Below the pieces are notes generated by a model. It saw nothing but the letters and a program-made list of their open reading frames with translations, was not told the origin of the DNA and did not search any database. Both the position numbers and the translations under genes were made by a program. Source: a bacterium (GTDB taxonomy: Bacteria; Cyanobacteriota; Vampirovibrionia; Vampirovibrionales; Vampirovibrionaceae). Taken from it: a stretch of 64,000 nucleotides of DNA. This document shows, piece by piece, positions 36,128-45,273 of the stretch (position 1 is the stretch's first letter; each line of letters begins with the position of its first letter). The stretch covers positions 427,994 to 491,993 of the forward strand of contig JAUIEU010000001.1 of NCBI GenBank assembly GCA_030429585.1. The letters run 5' to 3'.

Positions 36128-38032
36128 TTATGATGTTATGGCTTGGCAGCGTTGGGAAAGCCAAGCTAGCAGGGTGCTATCGGTTAGTTGCTCATTCATG
36201 TGGGCAAGTGTTTTAGCGTGGTAATCGTTTAGCCAGCCTTGCTCGGCTTGGGTTAGTAAGGTGGCGTCAATCAGGGTGGTGTCAAAGGGCACGTAAATTA
36301 GTGGCTTAAAGGCCAACATGGGGTCGCCGGTGGTGGCCAGGGGGTGCTCGGGTGTTTCAATCACTTCCACCAAATTTTCTAACCGAATGCCGCCCCAGCC
36401 GCTTTCGTAGTAGCCGGGTTCAATACTGGTAATCATGCCGGGGGTAAAGGCGGTGCTGTAGCCCTTGCTAATGCCAATGGGCCCTTCGTGCACGCCTAAA
36501 TAACAGCCCACCCCGTGGCCGGTGCCGTGCATAAAATCCAGGCCTTGTTGCCACAATGCACTGCGGCCAATGGCGTCAATTTGTATGCCGTTCGTCCCCT
36601 TTGGGAAACGTTGCATGGCACACGCAATATGCGATTTGAGCACCAAGGTGTAGCGGTGGCGTTGCTTCTCGCTAGGGGTGGTGCCCACCACAATGGTGCG
36701 GGTGGTATCCGTGGTGCCCATCCAGGGGGCGGTGCTGCCTCCATCGCTGCAATATTGGGCGCCACTATCAAACAACACTAATTCACCGGGTTGGAGTAAT
36801 CGCTTTGGGTTGGGAGTGCCGTAATGCACAATGGCGCCGTTTTCGCCGGTGCCCACAATACTAGGGAAACTTAACCCAGTGCAGGCCGGGTGTTGGCGGT
36901 AGGCCGCTTCAATCCATTGGCTCACATCGGCTTCGCTAATAGGTTGCTGCTGTTGAAGGGCGGTGTGTAGTTGGTACCAAACGGTGCATAGGGCCACACT
37001 GGCCGCCAAGTGGGCTTGCCGCATGCCGTACAGTTCGTTGTTGTTTTTAACGGCCTTGGCACTGTGGATAGGCGAGGTGCGTTTAATGGCACCCTCGTGC
37101 TTGCCCAGTACGGTAAACACGGCGGCAGGCATATTGGCAGCATCCAGCCAAGGCTTGGTGGTTGGCAGCGTTGCGAGCTGTTGCAGAGCAGGATAAAACT
37201 GGCCTAGGGGTTGGCAGGTGCCCCCTAAAGATTGAATATGCTGACGGGTTGCGGCTTGGGCAGGGTCGTCTAGTAAGGGTTTTGCCATAAACACGGTAAG
37301 GGCTTGGGGGGTAACGCAGGCCATGGCCAAGGCCACCGGGGTATGGGGGATGTCGTCAGCACGGATGTTGAGGAGCCAGGCCACTTCATCGGTGGCGGTA
37401 ATGGGCAGCACGGTGGCGTGGTGTTTGGCCAAAGTGCTTCGTAGCGTGGTTAGTTTGTCTGCAGCGGATTGTCCGGCCACCTCATCGCTAAGCATTCGCC
37501 AGGGGCTGGGTTGCCATTGGGGCCGCGGGGATTCGTGGTTAGCTTCCCACACGGCATCGGCGGGGTGTTGGGTAATGGGTACCCAGTGCACGTGGTGGGT
37601 GTTGCCCACGGCCTGTTGCCAGCGCTGGTAAGCGGCTTGGCTAACGCACGTGGCGGGTACCCCCACCCGGTAGGGGGCGCCAGCGTTGTTGCTGGTATGC
37701 TTGGCAGCGTGCGCAATAAGGGTTTCCGTCAGGCTTTTAGCGGTGGCGGTGCCCAGTTTTTCAGAGCGAATAACACTTGTATCAATCTGGCTATCTACTT
37801 GCTCGTGGTAGCGACCGTCGACAAATAACACGGCGTCGGTGGCACTAATCACCATATCGCCAGCGCTACCGGTAAAGCCGCTTAGCCACTGCCGGCGGTT
37901 TAGGTGGGTGGGCACGTACTCGTTTAAAAAATCATCGCCGCTAGGCACAACAAAGGCATGTAGCTGGTTGTCTGTCATCCGTTGGCGCAACTGGGCCAGT
38001 TTGTTAGCAGTGGGGGATAAAGCGGTGGGCAT
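36128..38032 (-). CDS. pepP: Xaa-Pro aminopeptidase (M24B), long three-domain form
   Basis: M24 metal-ligand motifs LFDSGAQY, HGTGHGVG, SIEPGYY and IRLENLV, with creatinase/prolidase-type N-terminal domains; 634 aa. Confidence 0.88.
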   Translation of the reverse strand: MPTALSPTANKLAQLRQRMTDNQLHAFVVPSGDDFLNEYVPTHLNRRQWLSGFTGSAGDMVISATDAVLFVDGRYHEQVDSQIDTSVIRSEKLGTATAKSLTETLIAHAAKHTSNNAGAPYRVGVPATCVSQAAYQRWQQAVGNTHHVHWVPITQHPADAVWEANHESPRPQWQPSPWRMLSDEVAGQSAADKLTTLRSTLAKHHATVLPITATDEVAWLLNIRADDIPHTPVALAMACVTPQALTVFMAKPLLDDPAQAATRQHIQSLGGTCQPLGQFYPALQQLATLPTTKPWLDAANMPAAVFTVLGKHEGAIKRTSPIHSAKAVKNNNELYGMRQAHLAASVALCTVWYQLHTALQQQQPISEADVSQWIEAAYRQHPACTGLSFPSIVGTGENGAIVHYGTPNPKRLLQPGELVLFDSGAQYCSDGGSTAPWMGTTDTTRTIVVGTTPSEKQRHRYTLVLKSHIACAMQRFPKGTNGIQIDAIGRSALWQQGLDFMHGTGHGVGCYLGVHEGPIGISKGYSTAFTPGMITSIEPGYYESGWGGIRLENLVEVIETPEHPLATTGDPMLAFKPLIYVPFDTTLIDATLLTQAEQGWLNDYHAKTLAHMNEQLTDSTLLAWLSQRCQAITS

Positions 38033-38124
38033 GGCGGCAGGTATTCATTCACAGGGGTATTGGTAACAGGCTTATTATACGCTGTGTTGTTGGATGACAG
38101 TACCCATCGGCTGAAGGAGCCCCC

Positions 38125-38880
38125 TTAGGTCGTGCTATTAAACTGGCAGGCGGCGGTAATGGCCGGGCCGTGGGTGGGCCAAAGTTCTGCAAGGGGGGCT
38201 TCTATTAGCTCTAGGGTAATGACGGGTAGGTTGCGTTCCACACCGTAGTAGGTACCAAAACTGCCGGGGGTGGGGTAGCCAATATCCGTGGTTACTGGGT
38301 AGTTGGGTAGTTGGCTAGAAAGATACTCGGCCCAGTCGGTGGCGGGCCCATCGTAATTAACCACCCGGTAGGGGGTGTGCAAACTAAGGATACGCGCCGG
38401 TTGGTAGGTGGCAATAATGCCTTGTAGCCACTGGGTTTCTGCTTCGCTGGCAGGGGTGTGGCCACCAAAGTAAGGGTCGTTAATAGGGGTGGTGCTATCA
38501 AAATTGGTGGTGGGCCAATTGCGGTTTAAATCAATACCGTTGGCGTTTTGGCGCGTATTGGCCAGTAGGCCATCCGGGTTAAGGGCCGGAATGCACAAGG
38601 TGGGGGGTAGGTTGGGGGTAGGGGTTGCCAGTTGTGTTGCTAACCAGCGAGTTAGGAGCTGGGCGCTTTCGGGTTCATCCCCGTGGAAGGCGGCCACCAC
38701 CAAGGTAAGCACCGTGGGGCTAGGGGCACCTAACCGCCAGGCCAGTAAGGGGTTCCCCTGAACGGATTGCCCCGATTCGGTGGGGGGGTGTTGCTGTTGC
38801 AATGCGTGGAGTGGGGTAAGGTGGTTGGTGGGGCTAGGCACGGGCAAGGTGGGTTCTATAGCAGGGATAACGCGGGCCAC
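38125..38880 (-). CDS. mpaA: M14-family murein peptide amidase (MpaA-like)
   Basis: Alignable by eye to E. coli MpaA: FHGDEPES (zinc HxxE), LNPDG, NANGIDLNRNWP, SEAETQ, SLHTP and GYPTPGSFGTYY. GTG start at 38880. Confidence 0.78.
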   Translation of the reverse strand: MARVIPAIEPTLPVPSPTNHLTPLHALQQQHPPTESGQSVQGNPLLAWRLGAPSPTVLTLVVAAFHGDEPESAQLLTRWLATQLATPTPNLPPTLCIPALNPDGLLANTRQNANGIDLNRNWPTTNFDSTTPINDPYFGGHTPASEAETQWLQGIIATYQPARILSLHTPYRVVNYDGPATDWAEYLSSQLPNYPVTTDIGYPTPGSFGTYYGVERNLPVITLELIEAPLAELWPTHGPAITAACQFNSTT

Positions 38881-39024
38881 GTTAATGTAACATTAACGCA
38901 ATTATAGGTGGGGTTGTGGGTTTTATTAAAGGGTATGCTTTGGCAACCCAGCTGGCACTATAACCGCTATGGTATAGTGGCAAGCATCGGTTGGCCACCA
39001 CACAAATTTTTTGAGAGGAATTGA

Positions 39025-39303
39025 ATGATGACACCGACTTTATGGGCTATTGTAGCCGTTATTGCTATTTGGGTGCTGTTTTCTGGTGGGTCGCCACTGG
39101 TTAAATCTATTGTGTACCGTGCCCTGTTTGTGGCGTGGGCCTTTGTGATGGTGCTGGCCACCATAGCTGCGTTTAATAACTATGGCCTTGGCCCGGCAGT
39201 ACTGGCCTTTTGGGGTTTAACCCTCTCTTGGTACTTGCTTATTGGCCCCATGGTTGCCATGGTGCTTAGCTTCCGCCGTAACCCAAGAGAAATTACGACA
39301 TAA
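39025..39303 (+). CDS. Small integral membrane protein (92 aa)
   Basis: Three hydrophobic segments, with GAGAGG upstream of ATGATG. No family recognised. Confidence 0.5.
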   Translation: MMTPTLWAIVAVIAIWVLFSGGSPLVKSIVYRALFVAWAFVMVLATIAAFNNYGLGPAVLAFWGLTLSWYLLIGPMVAMVLSFRRNPREITT

Positions 39304-39328
39304 GCCGATGTAGCGTTGCTATTGCTAT

Positions 39329-39856
39329 TTGAGTTACCCTAATACGGTTAGTATATGCGGGGTAACGCACGTGTCTGTGGTTAATACCAACACGCCTATT
39401 CGTGTTTTATTTGTTTGCTTAGGCAATATCTGCCGGTCGCCTTCTGCGGAAGCCATGTTTAAGGCTAAGTTGGTAGAGCAAGGTTTGGCAGGCCAATACA
39501 CGGTGGATTCTGCTGGTACGCTGGATTACCACGTTGGCGAGCCGCCAGACCCCCGTGCCATTCGGTTTGGTAAGCACCGCGGGCTGGATTTAACCCCTTT
39601 GCGGGGGCGGCAAATTGCACCATCGGATTTTACCGAGTTTGACTACATTTTGGTGATGGATAGCCAAAACCTAACCGATGTGCAATCGGTGGCCCCGGCT
39701 AACGGCACCGCCCATGTGGCTAAATTACTAAGCTATGGCCGTGATAGCAGTGTAGAAGACGTGCCAGACCCCTATTTTGGTGGCGATGACGGCTTTAATC
39801 GGGTGTTGGATCTGTTGGATGACGCCCTAGAGGGCTTTTTAAAGGCTACTGTTTAG
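39329..39856 (+). CDS. Low-molecular-weight protein tyrosine phosphatase
   Basis: Active-site loop VLFVCLGNICRSP (C-x5-R-S) and DPYFGG Asp loop. The true start is probably downstream of the TTG at 39329 (for example GTG 39371). Confidence 0.88.
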   Translation: MSYPNTVSICGVTHVSVVNTNTPIRVLFVCLGNICRSPSAEAMFKAKLVEQGLAGQYTVDSAGTLDYHVGEPPDPRAIRFGKHRGLDLTPLRGRQIAPSDFTEFDYILVMDSQNLTDVQSVAPANGTAHVAKLLSYGRDSSVEDVPDPYFGGDDGFNRVLDLLDDALEGFLKATV

Positions 39857-39959
39857 CAGTACGGCTATGTTTTTGCGATAATACTATTGAGGTTAGCCCC
39901 ATATCGTAGGGGGTGTGGCCTTATGTCGTTACATCATTATTTTTAAGGAGTGAGCATCT

Positions 39960-40418
39960 ATGATGACTCGTGTATTACTGGCAGCTAGCGTGGCTGCAAC
40001 CGTTGGTTTGGCTACTGTAACCCCCGCCGCTATGGCAGAAGGTACAACCAATGCCCTTAGCCCTCAGCTGCAACAAACCGTGCAAACCATTAACGCCATG
40101 TTGGGTAACCCCTTAAACGTGCCGACTGAAGAGCCAGCCACCACCACGGAAGAAACCACCACTGAAACCGCTGCGGACGCTACCACCACGGAAGCCACCA
40201 CAGAAACAGTGGCAGAAGCGCCAGAAACCCTAACCCCAGAACAGTTGGCGGAAGAAAATGAAACCTTAAAACAGCAATTGGCCACCTTGCAAGCCGAACA
40301 ACAAGACATGTTTAGCGAGCGCATGGAAAACCTAAAGCAGCAAAAAACGGCGATTGAAACCGAGATTGCCTCTTTAGAAGAACAAATTGCTGAACTAGAA
40401 GAATCCCCAGTAGAGTAA
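39960..40418 (+). CDS. Secreted Thr/Glu-rich coiled-coil protein (hypothetical)
   Basis: AAGGAG SD, a signal peptide (…TVTPAAMA), a T/E-rich linker, then a heptad-like C-terminus (LKQQLATLQAEQQ...IASLEEQIAELEE). Confidence 0.6.
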   Translation: MMTRVLLAASVAATVGLATVTPAAMAEGTTNALSPQLQQTVQTINAMLGNPLNVPTEEPATTTEETTTETAADATTTEATTETVAEAPETLTPEQLAEENETLKQQLATLQAEQQDMFSERMENLKQQKTAIETEIASLEEQIAELEESPVE

Positions 40419-40443
40419 CTTGAACGGGTAACACTATGGATAA

Positions 40444-40477
40444 CCCCACCTGCAACGTGTTTGTAGGTGGGGTTTTT
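40444..40477 (+). terminator. Intrinsic terminator after the coiled-coil gene
   Basis: CCCCACCT (40444-40451) pairs with AGGTGGGG (40465-40472) around a 13-nt loop, followed by T5 (40473-40477). Confidence 0.65.
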
Positions 40478-40571
40478 ACTGGCCCGTAACAAGTGTATGA
40501 TGACATATTCGGGGTACACCAACCGGTGAGTACCGTTTTTTTAAAATGACGTTTTAGAAGGTGAGTTACGG

Positions 40572-41471
40572 ATGACGGCGGTGTTGCCACAAACAGATAA
40601 GGCCATGGATACCTGGTTAGGGGTGGTGCGCCAACGCTTTGAGTCGGTTTCGCCAGAGTTGCTGCCGTTGTTTAACACCTATGCAGGCGAGGCTTGCTTT
40701 GGCCGTCGGTATATTGATGCGGATTTAAACCGGCTACCGGATGGTGCTAGCGTGTTAGAGGTGGGGGCTGGGGCTCTGTTGCTAAGTTGCCAATTGGTGC
40801 GCGAAGGTTTTGCCGTAACCGCCTTAGAGCCGATTGGGCAAGGGTTTTCTCATTTTTCTCAAATGCGAGAGATTATTTTAGCAGTGGCTACCGAAGAAGG
40901 TTGCCTGCCCAATATTGTGAACCAAACCGGCGAAACCTTTGCCCACCAAGCCCAGTTTTCGTATGCCTATTCTATTAATGTGATGGAGCATGTGGATGAT
41001 GTGGCCAGCGTGGTGCGCAATGTGATGGCCAGCTTGCTGCCTGGTGCCCGGTATCGTTTTACATGCCCTAACTATCTTTTCCCCTACGAGCCCCACTTTA
41101 ATATCCCTACGGTGCTGACAAAACCACTGACGGAAAAGCTGTTTTATAACGCTATTTTTAATACCTCCACCGTAACAGACCCGGTAGGCACGTGGGCGTC
41201 GTTAAATTGGATTAATGTGTGGCAGGTGTCTCGTATTGCTAAGGCCTTGCCGGGTGTGACGGTTGGCTTTAACCGCGGCATGTTGGCCAGTACCTTGGCC
41301 CGCATGGTCTCGGATCCATCCTTTGCGGGCCGCCGCTCGCCTTGGATGCGCGCAGTACTAGGCGCAGTGGTGCGTTGCAAGTTACACAAGGCTGCTGTGC
41401 TAGTGCCCTTGTGTTGCCAGCCGCTAATGGATTGTACCTTTACCCAGCACAGCGGCGGCGCGGACGCTTAA
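40572..41471 (+). CDS. Class I SAM-dependent methyltransferase
   Basis: Motif I VLEVGAGALLLS, followed by VTALEP and a post-II INVMEHVDD pattern. Substrate unknown. Confidence 0.7.
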   Translation: MTAVLPQTDKAMDTWLGVVRQRFESVSPELLPLFNTYAGEACFGRRYIDADLNRLPDGASVLEVGAGALLLSCQLVREGFAVTALEPIGQGFSHFSQMREIILAVATEEGCLPNIVNQTGETFAHQAQFSYAYSINVMEHVDDVASVVRNVMASLLPGARYRFTCPNYLFPYEPHFNIPTVLTKPLTEKLFYNAIFNTSTVTDPVGTWASLNWINVWQVSRIAKALPGVTVGFNRGMLASTLARMVSDPSFAGRRSPWMRAVLGAVVRCKLHKAAVLVPLCCQPLMDCTFTQHSGGADA

Positions 41472-43531
41472 ACGGGTTTGCCTTGCATTAGCTGGGCCAC
41501 GTGTTGCTTGGCTTCGGCCCACTCTTCGGCGTTATCGTCGGGTGTGGTGGTACGGGCGCCGGTTTCTGGTAATACGGTGGCGGCAGGCACGGTGGCGTGT
41601 TGGTGGCTGTCGCTTGTTGTTGCCGGGGGTGGCTCGCTGGGGGGCATGGGTTCGGGTAAGGTGGCAGTAGGCGACGATGAGGATAGCGCGGCGGTGGTTT
41701 CTGCGTTGTTAGGCTGGGGCGTTGGCGCCGGTGGGGGCATTGGGGATGGCATGGAGGGGGTAGCGGCTTCGCTCATGCCCACATCCAACCGAACGTCGAG
41801 GGCTTCGCCGCTGGCCGCTTGAATGGCCTTTTGGAGGTGTTCTAGTTTTTTAGGGTTTTTCAGGGTGTTTAAAATCCCTTGGGATTTACAGCCGACAATC
41901 ACCACGTTGCCTTCTTGCCCCAGTAGGCTGGCTTGTTGGGTTAGTAGGGTTTTGGTGGGGATGTTTTCTACATGCTGCAGCACGGCGCCCCAGGTTAAAC
42001 CGCCAGCCACCGGTGGGGTGGAAGGGGTGCTTGGCTCCGTAGAGGGTTCTGGGGTTGTTTGAAGAGGCTGGACAGGCGTTGCCGGTGTTGTTGGTGCTGG
42101 GGGTTGGCTAGGCATGGGGTTAATAGGGGTCGAAGGGTCAGCAGGGGCCGCACTAACGCTAGGCGCCGGGGCCGCCGGTGGGGGTGCCGGTGTAGGGGGT
42201 GTGTCGGCCATTGGGGCGATTGGTGGGGCAGCAGGCTGTGGCGCCACAGCAGGAGCAGGAGCTGCCGATATTGGCGCTGTTGCCGTTGCAGGCGCTTTGG
42301 TAGGGGCAGGCGTTTTGGTGGTGGGGGCGGGTGTGGTGCCACCTTGCTGTAGGGCGTTTTCTAATTGGGTGATGCGGGTGTTTAATTCGTTTAAGGTGAA
42401 GAGTTGGTCTCTAAAGGCGAGCTGGGTTAGGCCGGTTTCTACCCATAGCTGTGGGTTGGCCTGGAAGCGGATTTGCTGCTCCATGGTAGAAAATTGGGCC
42501 AGGATTTGGGGGTATTCTTCGGTGGTGTAGTGGGTGGCCAGGGGTTGGAGCTGTTCTAGCACGGGCTGGCTAACACCTAGTAGGGCTTGCAGTTCGTCGG
42601 CATCGGCCTTGGGGCAGGCGGTTAGCAACATTAGGTTTCGGTAGGCTTGGGTTAGGCCTTGCAACAGTATGCGGGGTTCAATGCCGTCTTGTTGCAGGGT
42701 ATCTAGCGTGGTGAGCAGGCCGCCGACATTTTGTTGGCTTAAGTGGGTGAGCAGGGTGATTAGGGTATCATCGCTTAGGCCCCCTAAAAAGCGGTTCACA
42801 TCCGTTAGGGTAATGGTGTAGCTTTGCTGGGCACGGCTAAGCACCCCCACTTGGTCTAGCAGGCTTAGGGCGTCTCGTAGGCCGCCGCGGGCATGGCGTG
42901 CAATGGCGAGTAGGGCGTCGTCGTCTATGCGGATGGTTTCTTTATTGGCGATGGTGGCCAAATGTGGGACGAGCTGGGGCACCTTAATGCGAGAAAAATC
43001 GTAGCGCTGGCACCGGCTAATAATGGTGGGCAGTACCTTGTGGGCTTCGGTAGTGGCAAAAATAAAAATAGCGGATGGCGGCGGTTCTTCCAGGGTTTTT
43101 AGCAGGGCGTTAAAGGCCTGCGTGCTTAGCATATGCACTTCATCAATAATATAAATTTTGTAGCGCCCCATCATGGGAGAAAACTGACAGGTTTCAATCA
43201 GTTCGCGCATTTCATCCACGCCGTTGTGGCTGGCGGCATCAATCTCAATCACATCCAGCCCGTTGCCCGCTGTAATACCGGCGCAGCTAGCGCAGGTTTG
43301 GCAGGGGGTAACGGTGGGGCCTTGTTCACAGTTAATGGATTTTGCCAAAATACGCGCCGTGCTGGTTTTACCCGTGCCACGTGGGCCGCAAAACAAATAA
43401 GCATGGGCCAAGGCGTTGCTGGTAATGGCGTGTTGTAGGGTTTGGGTAATGGCCTCTTGCCCCACTAAATCGGCAAATTGCTGGGGGCGATAGGTGGTGT
43501 ACAGCGGTTGGTACGGCGATAAATTGGCCAT
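41468..43531 (-). CDS. dnaX: DNA polymerase III subunit gamma/tau
   Basis: AAA+ clamp-loader motifs GPRGTGKTS, IIDEVHMLS and SRCQRYDF, plus the zinc module CQTCASCAGI. It has a long Pro/Ala/Thr linker. The start is placed at ATG 43531 (GGAAG upstream). Confidence 0.92.
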   Translation of the reverse strand: MANLSPYQPLYTTYRPQQFADLVGQEAITQTLQHAITSNALAHAYLFCGPRGTGKTSTARILAKSINCEQGPTVTPCQTCASCAGITAGNGLDVIEIDAASHNGVDEMRELIETCQFSPMMGRYKIYIIDEVHMLSTQAFNALLKTLEEPPPSAIFIFATTEAHKVLPTIISRCQRYDFSRIKVPQLVPHLATIANKETIRIDDDALLAIARHARGGLRDALSLLDQVGVLSRAQQSYTITLTDVNRFLGGLSDDTLITLLTHLSQQNVGGLLTTLDTLQQDGIEPRILLQGLTQAYRNLMLLTACPKADADELQALLGVSQPVLEQLQPLATHYTTEEYPQILAQFSTMEQQIRFQANPQLWVETGLTQLAFRDQLFTLNELNTRITQLENALQQGGTTPAPTTKTPAPTKAPATATAPISAAPAPAVAPQPAAPPIAPMADTPPTPAPPPAAPAPSVSAAPADPSTPINPMPSQPPAPTTPATPVQPLQTTPEPSTEPSTPSTPPVAGGLTWGAVLQHVENIPTKTLLTQQASLLGQEGNVVIVGCKSQGILNTLKNPKKLEHLQKAIQAASGEALDVRLDVGMSEAATPSMPSPMPPPAPTPQPNNAETTAALSSSSPTATLPEPMPPSEPPPATTSDSHQHATVPAATVLPETGARTTTPDDNAEEWAEAKQHVAQLMQGKPV

Positions 43532-43655
43532 GGTGGGTAGCTTCCAACAAGGGTCGTTAAGCCTATATTGTAGCGAAAGGGGAGGCGACCCCCTAGTAAT
43601 AGCAATCGGATTCATTTAGGGTTCTTAATATATGCAATTGTTTTACCTGCGTTAA

Positions 43656-44027
43656 ATGGAAAATTTTTTTATGTATATAACTAGTTTTCTTTCAGCTTCA
43701 TATACTAATGCTCAAAAGGAGCCACCCATACAGGTTGGTTTTGGGATGCCAAAACATTTGATTGAATTTGATCCAAGTACTAAACAACACTATAAGGATA
43801 GGGTAGATTATATTAATCAATATTATCCTGATCTAGATGAAGCTAGTAACCAACTTGTTTCGGTAAAAGCTGATAAAGAAGCCTCTTTAAGAAGACTTGC
43901 GAATGACCTTATAGGAAGATTAAACCCAAAAGCATCGAGGCTTGTTTTTAATAATAATGATGATACAGTAACGTTATTAACTGATGGTGATGTACCAGGA
44001 TTTAATGATACGAGTGACGCTGAATAA
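43656..44027 (+). CDS. Hypothetical protein (123 aa), strongly AT-rich orphan
   Basis: ORF only. Sampled 60-nt lines have 19-24 G+C. No recognisable domain. Confidence 0.45.
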   Translation: MENFFMYITSFLSASYTNAQKEPPIQVGFGMPKHLIEFDPSTKQHYKDRVDYINQYYPDLDEASNQLVSVKADKEASLRRLANDLIGRLNPKASRLVFNNNDDTVTLLTDGDVPGFNDTSDAE

Positions 44028-44044
44028 AAAGATTAATTAAATAC

Positions 44045-44332
44045 TTATTTGTTAATCACAGCCATCAGTTGTGGGGTGGTATCCAGCTTACTACGTAAAC
44101 GGAAGGCAATAGTGGCGGGTAGGTTGGCCTCTGCTGGCGACAGGCCCAGTTGCATGGCGGTAATAATGGCGCCGTGCTGGGTTAAGGTACGGGCCACGTG
44201 GGCCAATTGGCGTGTGCTAACAGGGCCATATGGCGCTACAGGGCGTAACTGCCATTGGCCAGGGCTAGGCTGGGTAAGCTGCCATTGCAGGTGGGCGGGG
44301 GGGTGTTCCACGGTGGTAGGCCCGGCTGCCAT
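44045..44332 (-). CDS. Hypothetical protein (95 aa), last gene of the LCP operon
   Basis: The ORF begins 5 nt after the stop of the upstream gene. No family was confidently recognised. Confidence 0.45.
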   Translation of the reverse strand: MAAGPTTVEHPPAHLQWQLTQPSPGQWQLRPVAPYGPVSTRQLAHVARTLTQHGAIITAMQLGLSPAEANLPATIAFRLRSKLDTTPQLMAVINK

Positions 44333-44337
44333 GCTGC

Positions 44338-45273
44338 TTATTGGGCAACGAGTTGCAACTTTTGGGTAAAGCCCATTTCTTGCAAGTGGGTGTAGGATTT
44401 TAGCCCAATTTGGCTGCTGGGCTGGGATTTAATTACTTCCACATACAGCTTAATGGCGTTTAAGTTGTCGTTTTTGTTTTGGTAAATGCGGGCTAGCTGA
44501 AACAAGGCCTTATCGCGCATTTGGCCAAATTCTAAGGCCACTTGTTTTTCCAGTTCGCTTTGTACTTGGGCACTGGGGATTTTATTCAGGGCCTTGTACA
44601 GGCCAATATGGGCTTCCGTGGATTGTACCAACCAATCTTTAAGCGGGTTGAGTTGTTGCTCGGCGGTGGCAAGTTGGCCTTGCTCAATCAGCATGGCGGT
44701 ATCGTTGAGTTGTTTTTCTGCGGCGGTAATGCCGTACGGGTTACCAGGGTTATCCAACGCAGGCAGCTTTTCGGGCGGGTTATCCGCTTCTACCATCGGC
44801 ATGGCGATGACAGGGTTTTCTAAGCGTGGTTGGGCCAGCAAGGGTGGGCGAGAGGGGGCCTTGGGTTTGGCGGCTTGGGCTTCGATGTTTTGCAGGGCGT
44901 TTTGCACCAGGGCGTCGTTGTCTAGTTCTTCTGGTTCGGCGTTGTTCTCATCGCCAGACCCTTTTTGGCGGTGTACTTTAACCGTATCAAACTGGCCAGG
45001 CATGCCGGCTCCTTTGCGTACTTCCACCACTTCTAGTTCTTCGCCATCTTTTGCGCTTTTGCTGCGCTTGCCAAACCATTTGCCAAATTTTTCTTTTAGG
45101 GCATCGCCACTAGGGTTTTCTTTTTTAGGGCGTTGTAAATCGGCGGGGTTGGTGGGGCCAACGCCGTGGTAGTGTTGGGCTAGGGCATTGCTGGCCATGC
45201 TGGCAGCCAGTAAGCCAGCCAGTAATATACCGGTATAGCGGGCAGTTGAAGAAGAAAAAGACAAAAACATCAT
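44338..45273 (-). CDS. Secreted hypothetical protein with helical-repeat C-terminus (311 aa)
   Basis: Signal peptide (…LLAASMASNALA), a charged linker, and a TPR-like C-terminal third. Its start overlaps the LCP stop (TAATG). Confidence 0.6.
   Translation of the reverse strand: MMFLSFSSSTARYTGILLAGLLAASMASNALAQHYHGVGPTNPADLQRPKKENPSGDALKEKFGKWFGKRSKSAKDGEELEVVEVRKGAGMPGQFDTVKVHRQKGSGDENNAEPEELDNDALVQNALQNIEAQAAKPKAPSRPPLLAQPRLENPVIAMPMVEADNPPEKLPALDNPGNPYGITAAEKQLNDTAMLIEQGQLATAEQQLNPLKDWLVQSTEAHIGLYKALNKIPSAQVQSELEKQVALEFGQMRDKALFQLARIYQNKNDNLNAIKLYVEVIKSQPSSQIGLKSYTHLQEMGFTQKLQLVAQ

Noticed and set aside
41478-42530. Plus- and minus-strand ORFs inside the dnaX Pro/Ala/Thr linker (for example 42059-42352 and 42114-42530)
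   Set aside because: A GC-rich low-complexity linker leaves several frames open. dnaX is unambiguous on the minus strand.
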